NCBI GenBank assembly: GCA_039929145.1
Contig: JBDSRU010000333.1
Location: 1-26,070, forward strand
Length of the DNA: 26,070 nucleotides
Origin: Thermoanaerobaculia bacterium
GTDB taxonomy: Bacteria; Acidobacteriota; Thermoanaerobaculia; Multivoradales; JAGPDF01
Reading direction: 5' to 3'
Made by a program: the position numbers and the translations under genes. The stretch's first letter is position 1. Each line of letters starts with the position of its first letter. Below, piece by piece: positions 25,700-26,070 of the stretch. The notes below the pieces were generated by a model, which saw nothing but the letters and a program-made list of their open reading frames with translations, searched no databases and was not told the DNA's origin.

Positions 25700-25746
25700 C
25701 ACAAGGCAGAACGGAGTGCATGCACGAGTGGCGACAGCCCGATGCG

Positions 25747-26070
25747 CTAGATACGAGTTCCAGGGTGCACGGCCGTCGGAGCGAGACGGGCGAGCTGCGC
25801 TTCAACCTCGCCGACCTTCGGGTGGTCAGCCGGGTAGGCCGCGCGGAGGATGGGCAGCGCTTCCGTGTAGAGCGCGAGAGCCTCTTCGGATTGGTGTCGG
25901 CGGACGAGCAGATCGGCGAGGAAGATCTGTGCTTCGGCGAGCCCGAGGCTTGCCGGTTCGAGCGCCACGCGGCTCTGCGCGAGACCCTCGCGAAGCCATT
26001 TCTCCGCCGTCTGGAGGTCTCCGAGGGCGGCGAAGGTGAGGCCGACGTCGCTCAGGCTCTGGGCGGTTTC
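25747..26070 (-). CDS. C-terminal end of a TPR-repeat protein, open at the window edge
   Basis: Open frame ETAQSLSDVGLTFAALGDLQTAEKWLREGLAQSR...EALALYTEALPILRAAYPADHPKVGEV: long TPR repeats with HP motifs, as often found on Ser/Thr kinases. Confidence 0.75.
   Translation of the reverse strand, partial: ETAQSLSDVGLTFAALGDLQTAEKWLREGLAQSRVALEPASLGLAEAQIFLADLLVRRHQSEEALALYTEALPILRAAYPADHPKVGEVEAQLARLAPTAVHPGTRI

Noticed and set aside
25716-25725. Perfect palindrome GTGCATGCAC upstream of the membrane-protein gene
   Set aside because: A single 10-bp palindrome is expected by chance in 26 kb, and there is no supporting promoter element nearby.

Overview
High-GC bacterial chromosomal segment with about 26 densely packed genes. 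It is probably from Acidobacteriota (possibly Thermoanaerobaculia-like); this is inferred from gene content, not from a marker gene. I saw no rRNA, tRNA, CRISPR array or mobile element. Left to right: 5' part of rlmN; a small hypothetical gene; an AmgK-like phosphotransferase; tatA; a cell-envelope block on the minus strand (lytic transglycosylase, stand-alone Fis-type HTH, TsaP-like LysM protein, CpoB/YbgF-like lipoprotein, bamD, rpe, PASTA-only membrane protein); nfo; the uppS-cdsA-dxr-rseP cluster; truA; a RimJ/RimL GNAT; uvrD/pcrA; a Hanks kinase with a beta-propeller; an exported His-rich TPR protein; thiO; an exported M20 peptidase; an unknown membrane protein; and the 3' end of a TPR protein. 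Most notable signals not shown in the ORF track: (1) TANNNT -10 boxes 6-9 nt before start codons that lack a Shine-Dalgarno, pointing to frequent leaderless mRNAs; (2) a sigma-54-type -24/-12 promoter ahead of the lytic transglycosylase, directly downstream of a stand-alone Fis/NtrC-type HTH gene; (3) a roughly 32-codon fragment after rseP that resembles the C-terminus of a DUF1624 membrane protein; (4) a kinase-less PASTA protein translationally coupled to rpe-bamD-cpoB; (5) a His cluster inside the exported TPR protein. All family assignments come from motif recognition, without database searches.
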